Positions 16,318-24,208 of a stretch of 38,209 nucleotides of DNA are shown here, piece after piece. The translations under genes and the position numbers were made by a program. Source of the stretch: Myxococcota bacterium (GTDB lineage: Bacteria; Myxococcota; UBA727; JABDBI01); contig JBPOIV010000095.1 of NCBI GenBank assembly GCA_052034245.1, forward strand, positions 1 to 38,209, given 5' to 3'. How positions within the stretch are numbered: the stretch's first letter is position 1; each line of letters begins with the position of its first letter. The notes beneath the pieces were generated by a model. The model searched no databases. It saw only the letters and a program-made list of their open reading frames with translations, and had not been told where the DNA came from.

Positions 16318-16392
16318 ACGCAGGGGTGCCCTTAAATGGGCTGAGAAATACCCTTTGAACCTGACCTGGGTCATGCCAGCGTAGGGAGACGA
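16318..16392 (+). promoter_or_regulatory. TPP (THI-box) riboswitch aptamer
   Basis: GGGGTGC at 16323-16329, a GCCC/GGGC hairpin, CTGAGAAATACCC at 16341-16353, and ACCTGACCTGGGTCATGCCAGCGTAGGGA at 16359-16387. This is near base-for-base agreement with the conserved core of the E. coli thiM aptamer as I recall it. The 3' conserved GGGAGA doubles as the SD, 6 nt before the ATG at 16394. I could not assign the P1 helix boundaries. Confidence 0.85.
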
Positions 16393-16393
16393 C

Positions 16394-17821
16394 ATGACGG
16401 ATTTTCTTCCATTTATTGACGTATGGTCTTTCTTAACTTCTTTGGATTATGTGGTTATTTTTTTCTTTCTTCTTCTCTTTCTCATCTCGCCAAAGTTTTT
16501 AAAAAGTAAAAATCAAGACCACAAAAAGCAGGATGAATATTTGTTGATGAATAGGGGCCTTGGTTTACCCTTATTTATCGCGACGCTTACGTCGACCTGG
16601 TACGGCGGAATTTTTGGTGTTACGCAAATAGCATTTGAACACGGCATTTATAGTTTTTTTACCCAAGGCGTGAGTTGGTATAGTGCTTATTTAATTTTTG
16701 CCTTTTTCTTGGCAAAAAAAATTCGGCAACGCCAAGTTAGATCATTGCCAGAATTGATTGGCCTTCGCTTCGGTCAAAGCGCAAGAAAATTAAGTGGCTC
16801 CATATTATTTTTTCATGCTTTGCCGGTCAGCTATGCCGTCAGCATTGGCATCATCTTAGAAATTATTTTTGCCATACCTTTTCCCCTTGCTGTATTTCTT
16901 GGCGTGGGTCTGGTTGCTCTTTACTCCATCACAGGAGGTATGCGTGCAATCGTCATTACGGATGGCATACAATTCTTGCTGATGTTTCTTTGCGTCATCT
17001 TGATTGTTGTTTTTTCAATCTTTCATTTTGGCGGTATCAATTTTTTGCGCGAAGGCCTGCCCGAAACTTATTTTCAATGGCAAGGGGACAAATCTTTTTT
17101 CTCTTTGTTTCTATGGTTTTTGATCGCGTGTGGCAGCACCTTGATTCATCCGGTCTTTTATCAACGCTGCCTTGCCGCAAAAGACGACAACACTGCTCGC
17201 TATGGCATCATTATCGCTATTCTGTGCTGGATGCTTTTTGATTGCTGCACGACCCTAGGGGGCATGTATGCCAAAGTGATCATTCCCAATGCCGCCAGCG
17301 ATAAAGCTTATTTATTTTACGGGCTTCAACTCTTGCCCATTGGACTCCGCGGCTTTTTTGTGATTGGTATCATCGCAACTATTTTGTCGACGCTCGATTC
17401 ATTTCTTTTCGTATCGGGAACCAGCGCTTCCTATGATTTTTTGGGCAGCAAAAAAGATGAAATAGGCAAACATCAAAGGATGATCGGTCTTAGCGCTTTT
17501 ATCGTCATTTTAGTCGCTATCTTTTTTAAGGCTGATTTTGAATCCATGTGGCTTTTCATGGAAGGAATATTTAGCACCTCACTCTTTCTGCCAGTAATGA
17601 TCGCTCTTTTTAGCAAAAGAAATTTGGCGCCTAAAATTTTCATTGTGCCTGTGATCGCATCGTTTTTAATGTATTCTTTCACGACCCTACTTTGCACCAT
17701 TTATGACACTTCCTTATCGCCTTTTTTTCTCGCACATGGCACTTCTTTGCTGAGTTTGTTATTGCTTTTATATGGCCATTCGCAAAGCAAAACCAAAATG
17801 CCTGAAGCGACCTACGGATAA
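16394..17821 (+). CDS. Sodium:solute symporter (SSS) family transporter, probably for thiamine or a thiamine precursor
   Basis: 475 aa with about 13 TM segments. The N-terminal region GLGLPLFIATLTSTWYGGIFGVTQIAFEHGIY is typical of the SSS/PanF-PutP family. The gene follows the TPP riboswitch directly. Confidence 0.85.
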   Translation: MTDFLPFIDVWSFLTSLDYVVIFFFLLLFLISPKFLKSKNQDHKKQDEYLLMNRGLGLPLFIATLTSTWYGGIFGVTQIAFEHGIYSFFTQGVSWYSAYLIFAFFLAKKIRQRQVRSLPELIGLRFGQSARKLSGSILFFHALPVSYAVSIGIILEIIFAIPFPLAVFLGVGLVALYSITGGMRAIVITDGIQFLLMFLCVILIVVFSIFHFGGINFLREGLPETYFQWQGDKSFFSLFLWFLIACGSTLIHPVFYQRCLAAKDDNTARYGIIIAILCWMLFDCCTTLGGMYAKVIIPNAASDKAYLFYGLQLLPIGLRGFFVIGIIATILSTLDSFLFVSGTSASYDFLGSKKDEIGKHQRMIGLSAFIVILVAIFFKADFESMWLFMEGIFSTSLFLPVMIALFSKRNLAPKIFIVPVIASFLMYSFTTLLCTIYDTSLSPFFLAHGTSLLSLLLLLYGHSQSKTKMPEATYG

Positions 17822-18610
17822 ATCTTGTTGATATAAAACATCAAAGCTCAGCGCACTAAATTGTAGTCCTGAGCCCAAACTTATTTGTCGACGATCTTCT
17901 TTTTGATCCGATTTAAAACCAAAGCGAATAGGCAATAAACTAAAGGCAACATATTGTGCGCCGGCAGCAATGAGGTGATGCAGATTATCGTCACTTTTTA
18001 CATCCTGCATCGACCAGTCAAAAGAAAAGCTAAGGGGCAGTGTTAAGAGTGGCGAAAAATCATAGGCGGCCGCCAATGAAAAGCCCAGGTCTTTTTCATT
18101 ACCCTTGTTCCCTAATACATGATCAAGAACCGCCGCTAAACTAAAACCTAAGGGCAGACTCGTCATCAAACCAATATCCATATTAAAAAAATGGCTATTC
18201 TCTTCGGGATTTATGAAAGGATTATAAGAATAAGAAAACGAAGTACCAAGTGACAATAAATCAGTACCTAAAGGCATGGCGCTTGCCATATAAATAAGAT
18301 GCGAACTTTTGTCCCGGCCCGAAAAAAACTGACCGTTATAAGCTAGGCCCAAAGCCCAATCGCTCGTCGAAGAATCAACGATGGAGGCCCCAAAGGCGTG
18401 GCGACGGGCATTAGCATCGAATAGATAATCTAGCTCAGGGGCGATATGTCGTCCTTTAATGAGTGCCGCAGGATTATAAAAAATAACATCATTAGTAGTG
18501 CCAACGGCACGAATAGCCCCGCCAAATGACTGCGCACGAACACCCAAATCTGCATTAGCAAAAAGCGCAAAAGCCTTAAAAAAAATCACGAAAAATAGCG
18601 CCCTTCGCAT
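17768..18610 (-). CDS. Outer-membrane beta-barrel protein, function unknown
   Basis: Signal peptide MRRALFFVIFFKAFALFANA. Alternating amphipathic beta-strand pattern throughout, with an N-terminal FYNPAAL motif reminiscent of FadL/PorV-like barrels. Confidence 0.6.
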   Translation of the reverse strand: MRRALFFVIFFKAFALFANADLGVRAQSFGGAIRAVGTTNDVIFYNPAALIKGRHIAPELDYLFDANARRHAFGASIVDSSTSDWALGLAYNGQFFSGRDKSSHLIYMASAMPLGTDLLSLGTSFSYSYNPFINPEENSHFFNMDIGLMTSLPLGFSLAAVLDHVLGNKGNEKDLGFSLAAAYDFSPLLTLPLSFSFDWSMQDVKSDDNLHHLIAAGAQYVAFSLLPIRFGFKSDQKEDRRQISLGSGLQFSALSFDVLYQQDLSVGRFRHFGFALRMAI

Positions 18611-18772
18611 AAACTAAGCTCCTTCGTTGGTGGGACTTTGCCTTGATATCACAAAAGCCTTCTTCTGTCCTTTTACAAAGGAAACTAAAGAGGGAAATCA
18701 AATCAGCAAAATAGGGCCTTTTAAAGCGCGCTCATAGCGTATACTGGCAATAAAAAAAGAAGGCAAAAAAAA

Positions 18773-19327
18773 ATGGCTATGGACGAAATTGGCTTTGATC
18801 GTTGGGTATGGCTTGACCTCGAAATGACGGGTCTGGATGATGCCACGTGTGTAATTTTGCAAGTGGCAATGGTCATCACTGATACCAATCTTAAAATATT
18901 AAGCGAAGTAGATATTCCTATTTGGCAGCCGGAATCGGTACTTTCGACGATGATTCCCATTGTCCGAAGCATGCATACCAAAAATAATCTTTTAGAGCGC
19001 GTTAGAACTTCAGATTTTTCTTTGATGCAGGCAGAGCGAGAACTCATGCAACGTCTGACTCAGCATGTGGCCTATCAAAAAGGCATTCTCGCCGGGAATT
19101 CAATTTATGTTGATCGGCGTTTTCTCGACCGCTATATGCCAAGCTTTGCTGGCTATTTGCATTATCGTCAGATCGATGTTTCATCACTGAAGCTTTTATC
19201 TCACGCCTGGTATGGGGCCAAAGGCCGACCCCCAAAGAAAGCGAGCTCCCATACAGCTCTTGAAGACATCAAAGATTCCATCGAAGAGTTGCGCTTTTAC
19301 CAACAAAATATTTTTCGTCATCCTTAA
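18773..19327 (+). CDS. orn: Oligoribonuclease
   Basis: 184 aa with DEDDh exonuclease motifs: WVWLDLEMTGLD, GNSIYVDRRFL and SSHTALEDIKDSIEELRFY. Confidence 0.9.
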   Translation: MAMDEIGFDRWVWLDLEMTGLDDATCVILQVAMVITDTNLKILSEVDIPIWQPESVLSTMIPIVRSMHTKNNLLERVRTSDFSLMQAERELMQRLTQHVAYQKGILAGNSIYVDRRFLDRYMPSFAGYLHYRQIDVSSLKLLSHAWYGAKGRPPKKASSHTALEDIKDSIEELRFYQQNIFRHP

Positions 19328-19386
19328 GCAGGTGCGCGAAAATTAAATTGCGCATGGCGGGCTTTGGCTAAATCCCGCTAAGCCTG

Positions 19387-20751
19387 TTATGGTACTTTCG
19401 CTAAAATATGGAACGCGATGGCTTCATTGGCAGCTATAGTTGCGCTAAATTTTCCCTCTTCATCTATGGCATAACGCGGGCCCACGCATGCTTCGGCGCT
19501 CATAGTTGCATGTTGAACATCGCAATAAATTCCGGGCGGCAAGGATGTCTGAAAGACCTCTGTAATTTCGTGCTGTTCATGATTGATGACGACAAAAGCT
19601 CGATCTCCTCGGCCAAAGGCGATGGCATTATGCCCATTCGACCACCAGTTATTTACCGGCGCGCCTGCTGCAGCATTGCGAAAAGCTACCATGTTCGAAA
19701 TTTGCGGCCATCGATGCTGGCATTTGTAACCATCTTCAAAACACGCTTTCACCTTGCCTTGATGGGGTGGCCCTTGATCGTGGTCACTAAACTCATAGCC
19801 CGAAAATATATTGGGGGCTCCATAGGGCCACGCCAACATGAAAAGGTTTGCTAAAGTATAGTCACCATTATTTTTATAGCTAAGCGTTGAACCATTGCGT
19901 TCGGTGTCCCAATTATCCACAAAACTGCGAGCGTTTTTAGAAGACAAAAAGCCCCAAGAGTCCCCAAACATTTCTAAATCCTGCAGCTTTCCTTGCAAGA
20001 ATATGCGTTTAAGCTCGCGACCAAATCGAAACTCATCAACGTCGCCAAGAATGAGATATTCTTCTGGATGTATGGCCTCACCAGCTCCATAAATTACTTC
20101 ACTCACCCAGAAAATGTCATCCCTATCCACCTTTTGCTTAATAACAAAGAGATCCTCGGCCGCTATATGCTTCGCAGCATCGATGCGGAATCCATCAATA
20201 CCGAGCTTAATCAAATGCTGCAAATAAGCCGCGATGCGATTACGCACATACTCACTCGCTGTATCAAGATCTGAAAGACTCACGAGCTCACCATGCTGGA
20301 CTTTGTGGCGATCGCCATAGTCTTGGTCGATACTCATATGCAAGTGATGAAAATCCTCATAGCGATAAAGACCGGGATAGCAATATTTCGTGTGGGTAGG
20401 GCCGTCGTTAGCAGCCATGTGATTGATAACCGCATCGGCTATAACTTTTACCCCTGCTGCATGACAAGCCTCTGTCATTCGCTTTAGAGCTTCTTCATTG
20501 CCTAAACGTCCCTTAATTTCGTAGGAAATTGGCTGATAAGATGTCCACCACTGGGGCCCAGCAATATGCTCCTGCGGGGGTGATATTTCAACGTAGCCAA
20601 CACCTGCCTCCCCTAAGAATGAGCATTCTTCGGCTATAGAATCGAAGGACCATTGAAAGAGCGTAACGGTGACATCCTTATTTCCAGGGGGACTTGCGTG
20701 GACTGAGCTAAGAAAAAAAACAGCGGCCAGAAGAGTATAAAACCAATTCAT
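19387..20751 (-). CDS. Secreted GH13 alpha-amylase (animal/Pseudoalteromonas-like type)
   Basis: Signal peptide MNWFYTLLAAVFFLSSVHA. VTLFQWSFDSIAEEC, YVEISPPQEH, WWTSYQPISYE, ADAVINHMA and GFRIDAAKH are GH13 conserved regions. They closely resemble the Pseudoalteromonas haloplanktis/animal amylase group as I recall it. Confidence 0.9.
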   Translation of the reverse strand: MNWFYTLLAAVFFLSSVHASPPGNKDVTVTLFQWSFDSIAEECSFLGEAGVGYVEISPPQEHIAGPQWWTSYQPISYEIKGRLGNEEALKRMTEACHAAGVKVIADAVINHMAANDGPTHTKYCYPGLYRYEDFHHLHMSIDQDYGDRHKVQHGELVSLSDLDTASEYVRNRIAAYLQHLIKLGIDGFRIDAAKHIAAEDLFVIKQKVDRDDIFWVSEVIYGAGEAIHPEEYLILGDVDEFRFGRELKRIFLQGKLQDLEMFGDSWGFLSSKNARSFVDNWDTERNGSTLSYKNNGDYTLANLFMLAWPYGAPNIFSGYEFSDHDQGPPHQGKVKACFEDGYKCQHRWPQISNMVAFRNAAAGAPVNNWWSNGHNAIAFGRGDRAFVVINHEQHEITEVFQTSLPPGIYCDVQHATMSAEACVGPRYAIDEEGKFSATIAANEAIAFHILAKVP

Positions 20752-20880
20752 TTAGTTCCTCTCGGAAAACCTGGAGATCGCTTTTATCGCGAAATCCTTT
20801 ATGAATTGATCAAAAATTTAAAGCGGGCACCATAGTATTTTCCAATATGGCAACCTAAAAGCTTTAAGCCCGAAGAAATT

Positions 20881-22443
20881 CTAACTCGGTCTAACCTTTA
20901 CTAAATCATTAAGGTCATCTTCAGTAATGAGGTGGCTTTCAAGCGATTGCCTAAACGAATACTCTTCGACTTCTGCAAGTTTATTTTCGATAAAGCGAAT
21001 GCGTTCTTCTTTCGCACGGATAAAATCTGGTTCGTTTTCACGTTCCTTAAGTTCCGCCAAAATCAACTGACGCTCATCATGCAAACGTTGAGCTATATTA
21101 GACCGCTCATGAACGCCCTCTTCCATTGCCATGTTGGCATACACTTTTTGTTGGGCCGAAATTGCTCGCAATCGTGCTAAACAACGCGACATAAAAGCCA
21201 TGGCCTCACTACGTGTTTCAACTAGGCCCAAAGCGCGCACCAAGGGACCCATGGTTGAGCCTTGCACAAGCACTGAAAGCACCACAACGCCGAAGGTCAT
21301 AGCGATTAACTCATCCTTGCCTGCAATACTTTCAGGCAGCGACAATACCAGGACCATCGACAAGCTTCCGCGTAATCCGCCCCACCAAATGGCCGTGGCA
21401 CTTTTCGCCGTCATGGGCTGACCCATGCGATTTAAAAGACCCAGCGGCAAAAACACGCTGATCGCACGCGAGGCTAAAACCGCTAAGAATGCGAATAAAA
21501 TAAGCTCGGCGTGATTGAGCAAAAAGCCCACATTTACTTTGAGGCCAATCAATAAAAAGACGATGCTTGATACAAAGAAGGACAAATAACGCCAAAAGCT
21601 CACCACCGCCATACGGCTTGAGGGCTCAATACGACCGCCCTTATCCATGTTTGCCAAAAAAACACCGGCAGTCACGGTGGCGAGTACACCGGATGCATGC
21701 AAGGAAACTGCTATCAAATATGAACCATAGGCCGCCACAGTCGTGATCGCGATGGTGATCAGAGGATCTTTAGCAAAAGGAATTATGAAGTTGGCAAAAG
21801 CACCAACCACCGCTCCGAGCAAAATACCAAACAAGGCATCGGTCACGAATAAAAGAGCGCCATCTTGCCATGAAAACACGCCCGACGTGAGGGCTGTAAG
21901 CACTACCGTATACATAACGATGGCCGTACCATCGTTAAAAAGACTTTCGCCTTCAAGAACGATCGCCAATTTTCTTTTCACGCCTAACTGGCGAAATAGT
22001 GCAATAACAGCGATGGGATCGGTCGCCGCGATGATCGTACCGAAGAGCAAATAATGCATGAAGGTCATGCCGGACTGAATGCGAAAGGTCGAAATTTCAA
22101 TGACCAACACCGCCGCGGTGGCAAGGGCCGTCAAAATAACGCCGGGCGCTGCTAATGTTGCAATGGTGGGCGCAAATTTCTTGAGTTCATAAAACGGAAA
22201 GTGAATAGCGGCTTCAAATAAAAGCACCGGCAAAAATACACCCATTAATAAATCTTGGGAGAGCTCGATATTTGGTATTAAGTTAATTGATGACAGCGCA
22301 ATACCAAACACCATTAATAATACGGTGTAGGGTAAACGAACCCGGTGAGAAATAATCCCCACTATGGTGGCCACAACGAGAAGGGCGACCATTGGTTCGA
22401 TCCAGGAGGATTGCGATTGAACAGTGGAGCTGATGTGATCCAT
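20881..22443 (-). CDS. Na+/H+ (cation:proton) antiporter, CPA1 NhaP-type, with a cytoplasmic C-terminal domain
   Basis: 520 aa with about 12 TM segments. IAATDPIAVIALFRQLGV and GESLFNDGTAIV are characteristic CPA1 motifs. The tail is a charged coiled-coil-like region. Confidence 0.85.
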   Translation of the reverse strand: MDHISSTVQSQSSWIEPMVALLVVATIVGIISHRVRLPYTVLLMVFGIALSSINLIPNIELSQDLLMGVFLPVLLFEAAIHFPFYELKKFAPTIATLAAPGVILTALATAAVLVIEISTFRIQSGMTFMHYLLFGTIIAATDPIAVIALFRQLGVKRKLAIVLEGESLFNDGTAIVMYTVVLTALTSGVFSWQDGALLFVTDALFGILLGAVVGAFANFIIPFAKDPLITIAITTVAAYGSYLIAVSLHASGVLATVTAGVFLANMDKGGRIEPSSRMAVVSFWRYLSFFVSSIVFLLIGLKVNVGFLLNHAELILFAFLAVLASRAISVFLPLGLLNRMGQPMTAKSATAIWWGGLRGSLSMVLVLSLPESIAGKDELIAMTFGVVVLSVLVQGSTMGPLVRALGLVETRSEAMAFMSRCLARLRAISAQQKVYANMAMEEGVHERSNIAQRLHDERQLILAELKERENEPDFIRAKEERIRFIENKLAEVEEYSFRQSLESHLITEDDLNDLVKVRPS

Positions 22444-22829
22444 TGCTTCCGGCCTTTTTTCGAAAATAAACTACTCTATTTTAAACACACGAACCCAATT
22501 GATGCGCTTAATGATCAGGAATCAGTCAATAAAACATCAATGACCCTTGAAATTATAAGAGTAAGTTAAGAATAGGCTTAGACAAGAGCCCTTCCCACTT
22601 TTATATCTATTATTTTACTCGGCATTTTTTTTGAGTATGCAAAATCGCTCGAAGCCTTTTTTAAAGGATAATTTTTATATGCAGTGGCAACTCTAAAAAC
22701 AGCTATCAATAACAAAAACCCTCTATACAATGAAGATATTTAGAACTAATTTAAACATGAACTTAATAAAAAATAGTCTATGTTTACCATTTTGATTAAA
22801 GCTCATTTATACTTTTTATCGGTCAATCA

Positions 22830-23981
22830 ATGCTAAATAAATTACTATTTCTATTCTTTTTTCTATCTTTTAATGGCTTTGGCCATATTCATACAATTGA
22901 TTGGCAGCAAGGCTCTATCGATTTATCGGTTAATGAGAGCGCGGTTAGATGTAGCGGGCTTCCTGCAGATCTTTATTGGACATGTAATGGCGATAAAATT
23001 AAGGGATTCATTCAACGTTTGCCAGAACAAGAGGACTTCATCTTTTTGCCCTTTTTTACCGATGTTTCTGGACAAAAACTGGAGCTGGAAATCGCGATCA
23101 GCATCGCTCCTACTCATGAAATCCGTTTTGCTGTTTTTGATAAAGATTATTTTTCCCTTAACTTAAATGGCTTAGTTGATGATATTGAAGAAAAAACTAA
23201 GCTTGCACGCCGCTTTGCACCATTGATAACCAGTCTTGGAGAATTTTTAAGTTTATTTACGAATTATCTTAACTCGCTAAAAGATTTGGCTATCGAGCAA
23301 AAAATAAGCTGCGTTGACGGGATAATTAGTTCCCGCTTGTTAGCACATCCTGAGGGAAGGAAAAAAGATGAAAACGCTCCTATTTCATCAATTTTACCAA
23401 GAGATCTTACTGAGGAGGAGCGGCGGTATTATGATTCATTGCAGGAAAGTGTGGGGCAGGTAATAAGCCTCGACGAAGCAGAAAATCTTTTTGAACTCAT
23501 TAAAAATCGCTCAGATATTCCTTTTTCATACACTTCAGATGGCTGCTTTGCACGGGCTCATACCATCGCCCACTGGCTTTTTAATGAAAACATTCGCACC
23601 GGAAAAATTTGGCTGAGCGGCAAACTCACCAATCCTTACGAAGCTAATAAATTATGGGTTTATCATGTCGCGGCTTTAATTTACGTCCAAATAGGCGAGG
23701 ACATAATCCCAAAAGTCATCGATCCATCACCTACGGTCAATCGCCTCCTAAGCATTGAAGAATGGCTCGACGAAAACGGCGTAGCGAGTGCAAAACTGCT
23801 TCCTTATCCGCTTCCTCCTTACTGCAATCTTTATGGTGAAACATTGATGAGTATTTCTTCGCATCGTCCATTATTGCCATTTAAAGCTAATGTGTATCGT
23901 AGCGAGCAAGAGGAACTGGAAGAAGCTCGGGAAAAAAATCGATATTACCTTAGACTTTCAGGAATTTCGCGAAGGAAATAA
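22830..23981 (+). CDS. Secreted prepro protein-glutamine glutaminase (protein deamidase)-like protein
   Basis: Signal-like N-terminus MLNKLLFLFFFLSFNGFG. The C-terminal ~175 aa contain NLFELIKNRSDIPFSYTSDGCFARAH, LWVYHVAALIY and KVIDPSP. These match the Cys/His/Asp triad context of the Chryseobacterium protein-glutaminase (DGCYARAH, WSYHVAILV, IIDPS) as I recall it. Confidence 0.7.
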   Translation: MLNKLLFLFFFLSFNGFGHIHTIDWQQGSIDLSVNESAVRCSGLPADLYWTCNGDKIKGFIQRLPEQEDFIFLPFFTDVSGQKLELEIAISIAPTHEIRFAVFDKDYFSLNLNGLVDDIEEKTKLARRFAPLITSLGEFLSLFTNYLNSLKDLAIEQKISCVDGIISSRLLAHPEGRKKDENAPISSILPRDLTEEERRYYDSLQESVGQVISLDEAENLFELIKNRSDIPFSYTSDGCFARAHTIAHWLFNENIRTGKIWLSGKLTNPYEANKLWVYHVAALIYVQIGEDIIPKVIDPSPTVNRLLSIEEWLDENGVASAKLLPYPLPPYCNLYGETLMSISSHRPLLPFKANVYRSEQEELEEAREKNRYYLRLSGISRRK

Positions 23982-24032
23982 ATTATTCCTTTTAATTGTT
24001 TTTTAGATAATTCTCTAAAAAGGAACTTATTC

Positions 24033-24167
24033 ATGCTTAAAAACATCGTCCTAGCACTTTTTGCCATTGGTGTATTTTCGCTCAATCTCAATGCCGAAGA
24101 TAAAAATGGCAAAGAAGACAAAACCACAGAAAAAAATGAGATGAAAGTCCCGATCATTTTTTTCTAA
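24033..24167 (+). CDS. Possible 44-aa secreted peptide (not in the ORF track)
   Basis: ATG at 24033 with aagga about 7 nt upstream. Translation is MLKNIVLALFAIGVFSLNLNAEDKNGKEDKTTEKNEMKVPIIFF: a signal peptide with an L-N-A site, then a Lys/Glu-rich 23-residue tail. Stop TAA at 24165-24167. Confidence 0.3.
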   Translation: MLKNIVLALFAIGVFSLNLNAEDKNGKEDKTTEKNEMKVPIIFF

Positions 24168-24181
24168 ACCACCGTGAATAA

Positions 24182-24202
24182 GCCATGCCGCTTAGGCATG
24201 GC
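24182..24202 (-). terminator. Hairpin between convergent genes, likely ychF terminator
   Basis: gccatgcc (24182-24189) pairs with ggcatggc (24195-24202) around a 5-nt loop. On the minus strand it begins 6 nt after the ychF stop and is followed by cttattc, a weak U-tract. Confidence 0.4.
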
Positions 24203-24208
24203 AAAAAT

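Noticed and set aside
18765-18773. Homopolymer tracts as possible phase-variation switches: A9 before the orn ATG, T8 at 7917-7924 in a divergent promoter, and a T8 equivalent in the amylase signal-peptide codons near 20708
   Set aside because: The tracts are short (8-9 nt) and typical of A+T-rich spacers. There is no evidence of length variation within a single sequence.
19408-19854. 148-aa plus-strand ORF antisense to the alpha-amylase gene. Similar cases are 11737-12132, 13961-14302, 10766-11098, 21743-22054 and 34263-35014.
   Set aside because: Each lies fully inside a strongly supported gene on the opposite strand, with no recognisable motifs. They are treated as chance ORFs.
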